A stretch of 64,000 bases of DNA from Candidatus Dormiibacterota bacterium (lineage in GTDB: Archaea; Thermoproteota; Bathyarchaeia; 40CM-2-53-6). The notes beneath the pieces are model-generated. The model searched no databases, had not been told where the DNA came from, and saw only the letters and a program-made list of their open reading frames with translations. The translations under genes were made by a program, and so were the position numbers. This document shows, piece by piece, positions 9,583 through 18,810 of this stretch; position 1 is the first letter of the stretch; the number at the start of each line of letters is the position of its first letter. The DNA is taken from NCBI GenBank assembly GCA_035637535.1, contig DASPWZ010000009.1:1082-65081 (forward strand), given 5' to 3'.

Positions 9583-10119
9583 TTGTCTAGGCACTTTCGC
9601 AGGCTAAGCCTGGCTCAGGGCTCGTCTCTCTGCACCGTGGGAGTGTTAGTGGGTCTTGCTCTGCTCGTTGTAGTTCCGCATATCAGATCGATTCCGGTCG
9701 ATGTGTTGTTCCTGCTTGCTGCTTGGTTCTGTCTCTGGTTCTTCTCGCACGATCTTGCGCATCATGTGATCGGAAGAATTGTTGGAGTTGGCTTCCGCTA
9801 CTATTTCCTGGGACGATCGTCGATAACGAAACTGAGCCTGCCAATCGTGTCCAATTTGTTGAGAATGTTCCCGGTGCTAGGATTGAAGATCGACAAGTCA
9901 AGTTTGAAATCCGCTTCTCCGAACAAGGCACGCGCGATGTACGCTTCAGGGGTCATCTCCTCCATGTTTCTACCATGGCTCGTGATCCCTACCGGATTCT
10001 CAATTGGTCTTCCAGTCGGAATCTTGCTAACAATACTGACAATAGCAAACATTGTCTTTACTCTCTACTTCAGCCTCCAAGTAGGCGACCTTCACCATGC
10101 TCGAATGGTCAGAAGATAG
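9583..10119 (+). CDS. multi-pass membrane protein, unknown function (HDLAHH motif)
   Basis: 178-aa ORF with a TTG start and 4-5 hydrophobic helices. Confidence 0.5.
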   Translation: MSRHFRRLSLAQGSSLCTVGVLVGLALLVVVPHIRSIPVDVLFLLAAWFCLWFFSHDLAHHVIGRIVGVGFRYYFLGRSSITKLSLPIVSNLLRMFPVLGLKIDKSSLKSASPNKARAMYASGVISSMFLPWLVIPTGFSIGLPVGILLTILTIANIVFTLYFSLQVGDLHHARMVRR

Positions 10120-10238
10120 GTCGAATCGCTTATCACGATACATTCTGAAGCCGATTGCTTAGCTTCTATCTAGAAATCCATCCCGAGAATACTATAGTAT
10201 ATTAGCCGGAAGGACTGTAGGTTTCAAAGGCATCTCAC

Positions 10239-10841
10239 TTGAAAGGCAGAAACTATCGCTCTCCCTCAGGTCAGGCTTACACCCGTTTGAAGTACATTCA
10301 TGGATCCCCGACCCCGAAAGTCTCGAAGTTCAACATGGGGGATCTCTCGACTCATTTTGCCCGAAGGGTCCATCTTGTGTCCAGAGAGAATGTCCAGATT
10401 CGCCATAACGCCCTCGAGTCGGCGCGTGTTTCTGCTAACAAGGTTCTCTTCGACAAGTACGGCGAGACAGGTTACAGGTTGCAGTTGTGCGTTTATCCTC
10501 ACATTATTCTCAGAGAGAACAAGATGATAGCCACTGCGGGGGCTGACCGTCTCCAAGAAGGAATGAGGCGGGCCTTCGGAAAACCCACCGGAAGGGCTGC
10601 GCGGGTCCATGATGGGCAGTCGATACTCATCGTCTACGTTCCAGAAGATGGTGTAGATACTGCTCGAAAAGCGTTAGACACCGCGTCGACGAAATTCCCG
10701 ATGAGGAGCCGCATAACCGTTGAAGAGATTCCTGTGGAAGAGCAAGCTCAAGTTCCCATTCAAGCTCCGGTCCCTCCAGAAGAAGTCGAGCCTACCGAGG
10801 CCGCGGAAGAAGTTACTCCGATTGTAACCGTGGGAGCCTAG
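10239..10841 (+). CDS. rpl10e: 50S ribosomal protein L10e (uL16)
   Basis: 200-aa ORF with a TTG start. YTRLKYIHGSPTPKVSKFNMGD, ENKMIATAGADRLQEGMRRAFGKP matches L10e. It has an acidic/Pro-rich C-terminal tail. Confidence 0.85.
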   Translation: MKGRNYRSPSGQAYTRLKYIHGSPTPKVSKFNMGDLSTHFARRVHLVSRENVQIRHNALESARVSANKVLFDKYGETGYRLQLCVYPHIILRENKMIATAGADRLQEGMRRAFGKPTGRAARVHDGQSILIVYVPEDGVDTARKALDTASTKFPMRSRITVEEIPVEEQAQVPIQAPVPPEEVEPTEAAEEVTPIVTVGA

Positions 10842-10846
10842 TCTGA

Positions 10847-13237
10847 ATGGTCAGCTCCGACGCCATCGTCGTCTGGCTTGAAAATGTAAGAAAAGACGAC
10901 ATTCATATCGTCGGCGGAAAATGCGCCAATCTCGGAGAGCTGACAGCTAAAGGCGTCACTGTTCCACCCGGCTTTGCAGTCACCGCGGACGCGTTCCGTC
11001 GCTTTTTGGAAGAGACGAAGATCGGAGAGGTCATCCAGAAAACCCTCACAAGCTCTAATGGTCCACGAGATCCGAAACAGTATGAAGAAGCGTCGCAAGA
11101 GATCCGGAAGATCATCGAGTCAGCCCCAATGCCGTCCGACATCGCCAACGAGGTTCGAAGCGCATATCGTGATCTAGAACGGAAAACGAATAGTCCTCAG
11201 GTCAAAGTGGCAGTACGATCCTCAGCCACTAGCGAGGATCTTCCGGACGCGTCCTTTGCTGGACAACAGGATACGTATCTTAACGTGAAGGGAGAGGACG
11301 CGCTTGTCCACTACGTCCAGAAGTGTTGGTCTAGTCTCTACACTCCCCGCGCGATATTCTATCGTGAAGAGAAGGGATTCCCGCACGAGAAGGTGCTCAT
11401 CAGCGTCGGGGTCCAGAAGATGGTTGAATCAGAAGTCTCGGGAGTCATCTTTACTCTCGACCCTGTTAATGGGGACCCGTCGAAGATTATCATTGAATCA
11501 AGCTGGGGCCTAGGCGAGGCGCTTGTGGCCGGGGTCGTCCGGCCGGACCGGTTTATTGTCGACAAGGGAACGCTTCAGATTGTTCACAAGGAGATTGTTC
11601 CGAAGATGGTTGAGCATGTTCCGAATCATGAGACTGGGCTTACGATGGAACGGGAAGTTCCGGCGGAGCGTCGGAATGCTGCGAGTCTTGGGGATGAGCA
11701 GGTTGTTGAGCTTGCGCGGTTGGCTCGGGATATTGAGGATCATTATCAGACTCCGCAGGATGTCGAGTTCGCAGTCGAGCGTTCAAAGTCTGGTCAGAAG
11801 GTGTACGTGGTTCAGACTCGGCCCGAGACTTTCTGGGCGCGGATGAAGTCGCCCTCAGAGTCGGGAAAAAGTCCTGTGCTTGATCGTGTTGTCGTGGTTC
11901 AAGGTCTTGCGGCTAGTCCAGGTCTTCACGCGGGACGGGCCAAGATTGTGGTAGGTTTGCAGGATGCTGGGAGGATGATGAAAGACAAGGATATTCTCGT
12001 TACTAGGATGACGAACCCGGACTGGGTTCCCTACATGAAGATCGCCGGCGCGATCGTTACAGAAGATGGGGGGACGACGTGTCATGCGGCGATTGTTTCT
12101 CGTGAGATGGGGATCCCGTGTATTGTTGGGGCGAGGAACGCTACGAAGGTTTTGCAGACCGGCAAGGAGTATACTGTTGATGCAAAGGCGGGAGTTGTCT
12201 ATCAGGGACTCGTCGAAGACGTTCTCAAACCCGCCGCTGCTGTGGGCCAGCAAATTCCTACTGTAATTCCTGTTACCTCGACCAGAATCTACGTCAACAT
12301 CTCGCTGCCCGAGCTGGCTGAGAAGGTTGCACGGGAGACGCACGCGGATGGTGTGGGGTTGTTGAGGGCGGAGCACATGATGTTGTCCGTGGGGAAGCAT
12401 CCTCGGCTGTTGATCGAGGAAGGTGGCGGGCAGAAGATGGTCGATGCTTTTGCGGAGGGTGTGCGGAAAGTGGCTACTCCTTTTGCGCCGAAGCCAGTGG
12501 TCTATCGTTGTCTAGATTTCAAGCCTGACGAGTTTCTCGGACTGCCTGGTGGTGAGAAGTATGAGCGGGAGGCGGGTCATGTCGGGCCCAATCCGTTGTT
12601 GGGTTTCCGGGGAGCGTTTCGGTATGTGAAGGAGCCGGATGTGTTCCGGTTGGAGTGTCGGGCGATACGGAAGGTGCGGGAGGAGTTCAAGTTGACGAAT
12701 GTGCATGTGATGTTGCCGTTCGTCCGGACCTTGGAGGATTTCCGGAATGCGAAGAAGATTATGGAAGAGGAGGGGTTGAAGAGGAGTCCGGATTTCAAGC
12801 TCTGGATAATGTGCGAGGTTCCCGCGACTGTCTTGTTGATTGACAAGTTTGTTCTGGAGGGGATTGATGGGATCTCGTTCGGGACGAACGATCTGACCAT
12901 GCTGATTCTCGGGATCGACCGGGACGATGCGTCTATACAGGAGATCTATGATGAGCGGAATCTTGCTGTGCTAAGAGCGATGAGTCATGTTATACGGATC
13001 TGCAGCGAGGCGGGTGTCACGACCTCTATCTGTGGCCAGGCGCCTTCGAACTATCCGGAAGTCGTCGAGTTCCTTGTACGTGAGGGAGCTGTTAGCATGA
13101 GTGTCAATCCTGACAAGGTCATAGAGACGAAGCAGCTTGTCGCGGGGATCGAGCAGAAACTCATTCTCGAAGGTATGCGAAAGATGCGACAGAATAACGG
13201 TGATTCGGGAGCTCTCCAGCCCCGCTGGCCGAAGTAG
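10847..13237 (+). CDS. ppsA: phosphoenolpyruvate synthase (pyruvate, water dikinase)
   Basis: 796-aa ORF. ATP-grasp N-terminus (VGGKCANLGEL), phospho-His swivel motif GGTTCHAAIVSREMGIPCIVG, and a PEP-utilising C-terminal TIM barrel (SFGTNDLTM). Confidence 0.9.
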   Translation: MVSSDAIVVWLENVRKDDIHIVGGKCANLGELTAKGVTVPPGFAVTADAFRRFLEETKIGEVIQKTLTSSNGPRDPKQYEEASQEIRKIIESAPMPSDIANEVRSAYRDLERKTNSPQVKVAVRSSATSEDLPDASFAGQQDTYLNVKGEDALVHYVQKCWSSLYTPRAIFYREEKGFPHEKVLISVGVQKMVESEVSGVIFTLDPVNGDPSKIIIESSWGLGEALVAGVVRPDRFIVDKGTLQIVHKEIVPKMVEHVPNHETGLTMEREVPAERRNAASLGDEQVVELARLARDIEDHYQTPQDVEFAVERSKSGQKVYVVQTRPETFWARMKSPSESGKSPVLDRVVVVQGLAASPGLHAGRAKIVVGLQDAGRMMKDKDILVTRMTNPDWVPYMKIAGAIVTEDGGTTCHAAIVSREMGIPCIVGARNATKVLQTGKEYTVDAKAGVVYQGLVEDVLKPAAAVGQQIPTVIPVTSTRIYVNISLPELAEKVARETHADGVGLLRAEHMMLSVGKHPRLLIEEGGGQKMVDAFAEGVRKVATPFAPKPVVYRCLDFKPDEFLGLPGGEKYEREAGHVGPNPLLGFRGAFRYVKEPDVFRLECRAIRKVREEFKLTNVHVMLPFVRTLEDFRNAKKIMEEEGLKRSPDFKLWIMCEVPATVLLIDKFVLEGIDGISFGTNDLTMLILGIDRDDASIQEIYDERNLAVLRAMSHVIRICSEAGVTTSICGQAPSNYPEVVEFLVREGAVSMSVNPDKVIETKQLVAGIEQKLILEGMRKMRQNNGDSGALQPRWPK

Positions 13238-13252
13238 TTCTGCTAGTCATAG

Positions 13253-13684
13253 ATGTTTGATGATCTAGTCGATTATGTCCGCGAGAACTATTCTCGAGCC
13301 TCAAAGATTGTAGAGCTGGGAGTAGGCAGCCGGATAGATGTGGCGGAGAGGATCAAGAAACATCTTCCACTAACCGAGATTTTGGTCACGGACAAGGATG
13401 AAGCATGGGTCCGGAAGCATATCACGAGTCATGTTCGGGCTGTTGCTGATGACGTGATGTTTCCGCAGACCCGGATCTATGAGAATGCCTCGCTAGTCTA
13501 CTCGATTCATCCGCCCTTCGAGATCGTGGCACCCATGGTTGTTCTCGCGGGATCGGTAGAAGCTGATCTGCTGGTTGTGCCTAGGTCGGATGAGCAAGAA
13601 ATGTTTCATGATGGCTGGAAGAAGCTTGTCAGGAATGGAAGGACGCTCGGCTGGCTCCGAGACTTCAGAAAGGAACAACATTAG
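13253..13684 (+). CDS. UPF0146 family protein (archaeal methyltransferase-fold protein)
   Basis: 143-aa ORF. KIVELGVGSRIDVA...LVYSIHPPFE resembles the conserved archaeal UPF0146 family. Confidence 0.65.
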   Translation: MFDDLVDYVRENYSRASKIVELGVGSRIDVAERIKKHLPLTEILVTDKDEAWVRKHITSHVRAVADDVMFPQTRIYENASLVYSIHPPFEIVAPMVVLAGSVEADLLVVPRSDEQEMFHDGWKKLVRNGRTLGWLRDFRKEQH

Positions 13685-13714
13685 CCTAGAACGGGATATA
13701 GAATCATCCGGTTT

Positions 13715-14000
13715 CTGCGTCGCGAGACCGGCCTTCATACCTGTTTTTTCTGGATGTCCTATTGCTAGCTGGATCTTAACAGGGACCGAGCAAGAACCCC
13801 GTTCGCATCTTCTCAAGCGTCATGCGGATTTTATCATCGACTTGGACCCTCAGGCGTTTTCCAGGCGACTTCCTTGGCACCCTCAGGACCCTACTGGTCT
13901 CGCCGTGGCTGCTCCCGAGCTTGGGATGGAACATCCGCCTGGTAGCTCAGAATCTTCCGAAAATGGTCCTTGCTCGAGGACGGGAATCTTGAAATATCGA
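13715..14000 (+). repeat. possible degenerate B-type repeat unit (fourth locus)
   Basis: In order, it contains gcgtcgcgag (13722-13731), a T6 run about 20 nt later, tcccgagcttgggatggaacatccgc (compare tcccagatgggaattatccgc in B2) and a ctcagaatc...gggaatctt tail. The match is much weaker than at the other loci and the middle is expanded. Confidence 0.3.
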
Positions 14001-14033
14001 GTAGCACATAAAATAACACTAAGTGTGATACTA

Positions 14034-14228
14034 TTGGCCCTGGCGAGAGTCAGAAAAGTCGGCGGAAGCCTCGTAGTAACAATTCCCCGAGAGGTCGCCG
14101 AGGAAGAGGGAGTCAAGGCCGGAGAGCTTGTCAATGTAGAGATTCGTAAAACCCGGAAAAGCTTCTTCGGAGCGGCTAGGGGAATCGGACCCTTCACCGT
14201 CGAGGATGAGATGAAAGACCACGACTAG
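14034..14228 (+). CDS. vapB: AbrB/SpoVT-type antitoxin (VapB-like)
   Basis: In-frame TTG at 14034 gives MALARVRKVGGSLVVTIPREVAEEEGVKAGELV, the classic SpoVT/AbrB swapped-hairpin motif. It ends 7 nt before the PIN gene. Confidence 0.7.
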   Translation: MALARVRKVGGSLVVTIPREVAEEEGVKAGELVNVEIRKTRKSFFGAARGIGPFTVEDEMKDHD

Positions 14229-14235
14229 ATATGTC

Positions 14236-14607
14236 GTGGACGCTTATGCTTGGATAGAGTATCTCGACGGTAGCCCTAGAGGAGCCAGAGTCAGAGACCA
14301 TATCGAGAATCCAGCGAATACGATACTCACTTCAGCAGTCACGCTTGCGGAGCTTGTTAGCAGGTCTCTCAGAACGAAGCGGGACCCTAAAGTTGCGATC
14401 ACGGCAGTCGAGAGCAACTCAACCTTGCACACGATCACTCCCGGGCTAGCGACGCTAGCAGGGGAAGTGCACGCTGAAGAGAGGAAGCGCAAACAAGACT
14501 TTGGCCTAGCAGACGCCTTCGTCCTAGCCACCGCTAGGAGCAGATCCTCTAAGGTTCTGACAGGAGATCCTCACTTCAAAGACGTCCCCGAAGCAGTCAT
14601 GATCTGA
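14236..14607 (+). CDS. vapC: PIN-domain ribonuclease toxin VapC
   Basis: 123-aa ORF with a GTG start. Acidic PIN residues sit at the expected spacing (VDAYAWIEY, LAELVS, LADAFVLATA, TGDPHF). Confidence 0.75.
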   Translation: MDAYAWIEYLDGSPRGARVRDHIENPANTILTSAVTLAELVSRSLRTKRDPKVAITAVESNSTLHTITPGLATLAGEVHAEERKRKQDFGLADAFVLATARSRSSKVLTGDPHFKDVPEAVMI

Positions 14608-14717
14608 CTCAACACAATCTGGGCTCCGTCTCGTAGCCTGGAAACTCTAGAGGCTCGGTAGACGATACTTCCGAGCACCCGTGCTGCCCTGGGGATTCTG
14701 CTGAGACTCTCGGTCCG

Positions 14718-15014
14718 CTAAACGATAGAGCTATGGTTCTTGTTGTTGATCTCTGCCGCTGAACCTTTCCAAGTGTTCTCAACCAGCTCCACAACATCGG
14801 CCAGATGAGCGCCCAACTCTCCAAGCCGTTTCCCCGTCTCTGGGTCTTCCTCGCCGAAGAATGAGCTTAGCCTGCCGAGAATAACCATGCACTTTCTGAT
14901 CGTTGCTACTTCGTATCGTATCTGTTCGCCGACCGCCATGTCCCAGAGGATGGCCCTCCGCTTTACGACAACGTCCGAAGCTTCAGCCTCAGAATCTGTT
15001 TCGGTCTCTAACAT
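14718..15014 (-). CDS. hypothetical protein
   Basis: 98-aa ORF with no recognisable motif. Confidence 0.4.
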   Translation of the reverse strand: MLETETDSEAEASDVVVKRRAILWDMAVGEQIRYEVATIRKCMVILGRLSSFFGEEDPETGKRLGELGAHLADVVELVENTWKGSAAEINNKNHSSIV

Positions 15015-15095
15015 GCTCGCTGAATCGGAGCCGGTCCGTGTTTAGAATCCGTGTAACTCTATCGTGGATTCCAAAGTGACAACGCGGTATCTACG

Positions 15096-15386
15096 CTAGA
15101 TCCCCAGTTCTAACCGGAGAAAATCCTTGACGCCATCCCTTCCAGTTGCCCTGAGCCAGATAGGCCCTTGATCACGCTCCAATTCTAAGGTGAGTGTAAG
15201 GAAGGGACAGTAGAGCTGTTCCAGAGTAGCCCACTCCGATAATGCTGTGAAAAGCGAGCGGTTGTTCGGGAAGCGAAACCCATAGCCGTCGGGTAGTTCT
15301 CTTACTTCAAGATGCTTCGGGAACAGGTCTTGGCTAAGTTGTCGTGCCGTTTTCTCTGTTCTTGGTCGAGGGCTGATAGGTTGCAA
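15096..15386 (-). CDS. hypothetical protein
   Basis: 96-aa ORF. The segment ELPDGYGFRFP...YCPFLTLTLELERDQGPIWLRATG looks like a conserved small domain that I cannot name. Confidence 0.45.
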   Translation of the reverse strand: MQPISPRPRTEKTARQLSQDLFPKHLEVRELPDGYGFRFPNNRSLFTALSEWATLEQLYCPFLTLTLELERDQGPIWLRATGRDGVKDFLRLELGI

Positions 15387-15559
15387 GAAAAGGCGTCCAC
15401 TTCACTTCAGACAATCAACTATACTTTTCCGAGTAGATAAACAACGGAGTTCCTGCACAGTAACTTGCTTTCGCTATAGTTAGTCACCTTCGCAATAGTT
15501 TCATTCTAGAATTTGTCCCACTCTCCCACCTTTCTACTTCGAACCACACACCAAGCTCT

Positions 15560-15730
15560 ATGCAAAGCGTCGACTGCAAGGTCTTCTGCCGAACCTGCCA
15601 GGAACCCACATACCGCGAACTCCGATACCGATCCGACTTCCAGTTCGTAGGCCGACTACTAGTATGCCAGAAGTGTGGCGAGACAATCTTCGAACCAGTA
15701 GGGTCCGGGACGGTGTGTCAAGACTGTTGA
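15560..15730 (+). CDS. small zinc-ribbon protein (56 aa; below the ORF-track cutoff)
   Basis: ATG at 15560, TGA at 15728-15730. Peptide MQSVDCKVFCRTCQEPTYRELRYRSDFQFVGRLLVCQKCGETIFEPVGSGTVCQDC has CxxxCxxC, CxxC and CxxC motifs. Its 3' end and downstream flank are duplicated at 19031-19178. Confidence 0.5.
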   Translation: MQSVDCKVFCRTCQEPTYRELRYRSDFQFVGRLLVCQKCGETIFEPVGSGTVCQDC

Positions 15731-15826
15731 CAAGCCTACAAGCAATGTGGCTACTAGACTTACGCGAACGTCCCGACGAGACCCGTAATGAGCGCAAGCC
15801 GGACGGTCGGGTCAAGAAAGTCTCTA
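15685..15826 (+). repeat. direct repeat copy 1 (3' end of the zinc-ribbon gene plus its downstream flank)
   Basis: Aligns with 19031-19178. This includes a 26-nt exact block gcctacaagcaatgtggctactagac (15734-15759 = 19084-19109). Confidence 0.75.
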
Positions 15827-15833
15827 GGAGTTA

Positions 15834-16280
15834 TCACAAGGGTCTCAGCCGCCAGGCTCGATAGGTCTCAGACCAGAATATCGCCACAGTGAATCCTCCG
15901 AAGATGAACGCTACGATATTATGAGTTGAGAAATCGGGAGGGTAGAGAATAGGGTAGAGAGCGAGCATTACCGTGAACATTGCGGAGTAGAAGAGATGCC
16001 TAGGCAGTAGAAAGCCCAATACACCGACAAAGTTCTGTAAGACCCCCACCTCTACCTGTTCGGCGAGATGGTACTCGCCTGTCGGGTCCTTATCCACCAA
16101 CCCTAGTGATCGCAGCTTCTCCAGATGATGTAGCGCGACGCTGGGACTGCTCATTCCCAGAGCACGTTGTACAGACCTCACTCCGATCGGTTCTCTCCTC
16201 GTCTTGAGAAGGTGCCAGTAGACGCGTAGAGTGAGTCCCTTCAGCTCAGACTCTATGATCCTGTCCCGGTCTTCCGTCAA
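15834..16280 (-). CDS. winged-helix DNA-binding protein with C-terminal transmembrane helices
   Basis: 148-aa ORF. An ArsR-like wHTH (VRSVQRALGMSSPSVALHHLEKLRSLGLV) is followed by two hydrophobic helices. Confidence 0.65.
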   Translation of the reverse strand: MTEDRDRIIESELKGLTLRVYWHLLKTRREPIGVRSVQRALGMSSPSVALHHLEKLRSLGLVDKDPTGEYHLAEQVEVGVLQNFVGVLGFLLPRHLFYSAMFTVMLALYPILYPPDFSTHNIVAFIFGGFTVAIFWSETYRAWRLRPL

Positions 16281-16506
16281 AAGCCGTCTTCGAGAAAGAG
16301 AATAGCGTCAGACCAATACAAGCTTGCTTGTTTGCAGAAGTGTTTTGATCTGTGAACACCCCGTTCTAAACCGTGGCCTTAAGGTCCTCCGCCTCGTACA
16401 TCAAGTCCATGCAGCTACCGGTAGAGCAGAGACTGAATCAGAATCTACATTCTGGTCGCCGAATTATTCGAGACGAAGAGAACTGGGACGAGAGGAGGAT
16501 ACGGCT

Positions 16507-18477
16507 GTGAAGGTTGGCTCCAAAACCCGGACTGTCTTTGGGCTCACACTGGGAATCATCGCCGGACTCGCGCTAATACTCCTTCCCGGAATAATGGTCA
16601 TGTACACTCACCTACCCAATCCCAACGCTACTGACCAGCATGTCATGGTCCCCTTCACATCCTATCAGGAGTTGCACAGCTTCATTTTCACAAAGAGCTG
16701 CAACAGCACCGAAGTTCGCAACCTCTACAATCCCACTCCCGCTCCGGTAATCCTGAACACGAACACGAACGGTCTCAACCCTGGCGGGTTCACCGGCACT
16801 GTTTCCACCATTGCCACAAGTGGAACCTCCACGGTTTCAATCTCAACGAGCGCTACTCCCAGCCACTCTGAGACAAACGCTCAGGTGGCCGGCGTCGACG
16901 AGCTTGACACCGTAAAGAACGACGGCAGCTACATCTACACGGTAACGAATAACACTGTCGGGGTCGTCCTTGCTTACCCTATCACAGACGCAAAATTGCT
17001 TGCCCATGTATCGGTGAACGGTTCTCTCCAGGGGATTTTCGTCGACGGCAATAGGCTAGTTGTTGTCAGTCAGCAGTACCAGCAGTACCCTTCACCATTT
17101 ACCGCTACCTTGCAACCTGCGGGTTCTTCTATCGCTGTCTATCCAATATTCCTCAACTATCCCCAGACCACTTCTCTATCGATCTTCGACATTTCTAACC
17201 ATGCCGGTCCAGTGCTGACAACTACTCTCGTAGTAAATGGAACTCTCGCCGGGGCCCGGCTAATTGGAGACTACGCTTACCTGGTAGCGACACAACCAGT
17301 CTACTGCACAGGCCCGATTCTGCTTCCGGTCAATGTGGTAGACGGGCGGGCGTTGACAATGGGGATTGCATCAGTCTATCATTCTGATATCGCTGATGTG
17401 GCTCATAGCTTCACTACGGTTGTTGGTATCAACGTAACCCAAGACAACCCGACTCCAGCGGCTAAGATCTTCCTCATCGGCACGAGCAGTAACATCTACG
17501 TCTCACTTCACCAGATCTATCTCACTCAGCCAATCTGGAGTCAGGTCGAACAGACTGCTGTGCACCGGATCAGTATTGATGGTGCAAGCATTAGCTATCA
17601 GGCGACGGGTACTGTGTCGGGACATGTTCTGAACCAGTTCTCCATGGACGAGTACAATGGCAACTTCCGCATTGCCACAACCGGCTACAGCTTCAACCAA
17701 GTAGCCTCGACGGGAGGCGTATCGTCTTCCTACGTGCAGCAAACCAATCTGTATGTCTTGGACAGCGGCCTGCATATCATCGGAAAGCTCGAAGGACTGT
17801 CGCCTGGTGAAATGTTCTACGCGGCCAGGTTCATGGGGGACAGAGCCTACCTAGTCACTTTTCAGAGAATGGACCCGTTGTTCGTCATCGGTCTGCAAGA
17901 CCCCACCCAGCCAAAGGTCTTGGGCCAGCTCAACATCCCTGGAGTCTCTGACTATCTGCAGCCCTACGATGAGACTCACTTGATTGGTTTCGGAAAATCT
18001 TCGACGAACGTTACCTGGGAGAACGCTGCACTGTTCCAGGGTCTCAAGCTCAGCCTCTTCGATGTCACGGATCCGAGTAACCCTATTGATACGAGCAACT
18101 TTTTGGTCGGAGATCGGGGTAGTGACTCTCCAGCTCTGACGGATCACAAGTCGGTGCTTTTCGACAGGTCTCTCAACCTGCTGGTAATACCTCTGACGAT
18201 TGCGCAGGCTCAACCGAACGCAACTTGCACATGGTGCTACAATCCTCCTGTCTGGCAGGGAGCCTACGTGTTCAACATCACCGTTCAAGACGGAATCGTC
18301 CTCCGCGGCAGAATAACACACCTCGCCACAGGCCAGCTTCCCAGCTGGTATAACAGCAGCTTCTTCGTCACTCGCGCTCTCTACATCGGCAGCGTACTCT
18401 ACACAATCAGCAACAACATGGTCAAGATGAACAGTCTCTCCGATCTCACAGAACTCAACTCTGTAAGCCTAGCCTAA
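16507..18477 (+). CDS. secreted beta-propeller domain protein (COG4880 / Beta_propel family)
   Basis: The long ORF is open from 16324. In-frame GTG at 16507 gives a signal-anchor MKVGSKTRTVFGLTLGIIAGLALILL. The C-terminal signature is ARFMGDRAYLVTFQRMDPLFVIGLQDPTQPKVLGQLNIPGVSDYLQPYDETHLIGFG. Confidence 0.8.
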   Translation: MKVGSKTRTVFGLTLGIIAGLALILLPGIMVMYTHLPNPNATDQHVMVPFTSYQELHSFIFTKSCNSTEVRNLYNPTPAPVILNTNTNGLNPGGFTGTVSTIATSGTSTVSISTSATPSHSETNAQVAGVDELDTVKNDGSYIYTVTNNTVGVVLAYPITDAKLLAHVSVNGSLQGIFVDGNRLVVVSQQYQQYPSPFTATLQPAGSSIAVYPIFLNYPQTTSLSIFDISNHAGPVLTTTLVVNGTLAGARLIGDYAYLVATQPVYCTGPILLPVNVVDGRALTMGIASVYHSDIADVAHSFTTVVGINVTQDNPTPAAKIFLIGTSSNIYVSLHQIYLTQPIWSQVEQTAVHRISIDGASISYQATGTVSGHVLNQFSMDEYNGNFRIATTGYSFNQVASTGGVSSSYVQQTNLYVLDSGLHIIGKLEGLSPGEMFYAARFMGDRAYLVTFQRMDPLFVIGLQDPTQPKVLGQLNIPGVSDYLQPYDETHLIGFGKSSTNVTWENAALFQGLKLSLFDVTDPSNPIDTSNFLVGDRGSDSPALTDHKSVLFDRSLNLLVIPLTIAQAQPNATCTWCYNPPVWQGAYVFNITVQDGIVLRGRITHLATGQLPSWYNSSFFVTRALYIGSVLYTISNNMVKMNSLSDLTELNSVSLA

Positions 18478-18504
18478 GAACTTCGCCGGTCCCGACTACC
18501 CCGT

Positions 18505-18775
18505 CTTGTGTCGCTGGAAATATTTTTTGTAAATCCTAGGCAGAAGAGGAATCTCCCAAAGATAACTCACGCGTCGCGAGGAAAATATTGCTGGCCCCCT
18601 TTTTTCTAGGGGGCTCTCGCCAGCTGAAACCGGTCTGGGCAAATCTTGCGATTCAGGCGCAGAATAGAACGGTCTACCGTTTTCCCAGATGGGAATTATC
18701 CGCATGATCAAGCGTGAATATCTCAGTGATCAAAAATCGCCTGCCCCGATTCCGGATCAGGGCTGATTCCAAGCG
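18505..18775 (+). repeat. B-type unit (B2) of the conserved non-coding repeat / candidate structured RNA family
   Basis: Starts with the box cttgtgtcgctggaaatattttttgtaaatcctagg. It contains ctcacgcgtcgcgagg, the stem-loop GCCCCC-N9-GGGGGC (18594-18614), ggcgcagaat, atccgcatgat and the terminal hairpin ccccgattccggatcaggg (18744-18762). Confidence 0.7.
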
Positions 18776-18810
18776 ATTTTCATGGATGGATGTTTCTCAA
18801 AAGAACTGTT

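Noticed and set aside
10903-12900. Many 60-180-aa ORFs overlapping ppsA in other frames
   Set aside because: They are antisense or off-frame shadows of a well-supported 796-aa PEP synthase gene.
13575-14033. The long 217-aa ORF 13575..14228 taken as one gene
   Set aside because: Only the last ~64 codons (from TTG 14034) look like a protein, an AbrB/SpoVT antitoxin. The upstream part overlaps the UPF0146 gene and a probably non-coding gap.
16324-16506. TTG start at 16324 for the beta-propeller gene
   Set aside because: The first 61 codons are hydrophilic and low-complexity and overlap the divergent promoter region. GTG 16507 gives a proper signal anchor. The 5' extension cannot be strictly excluded.
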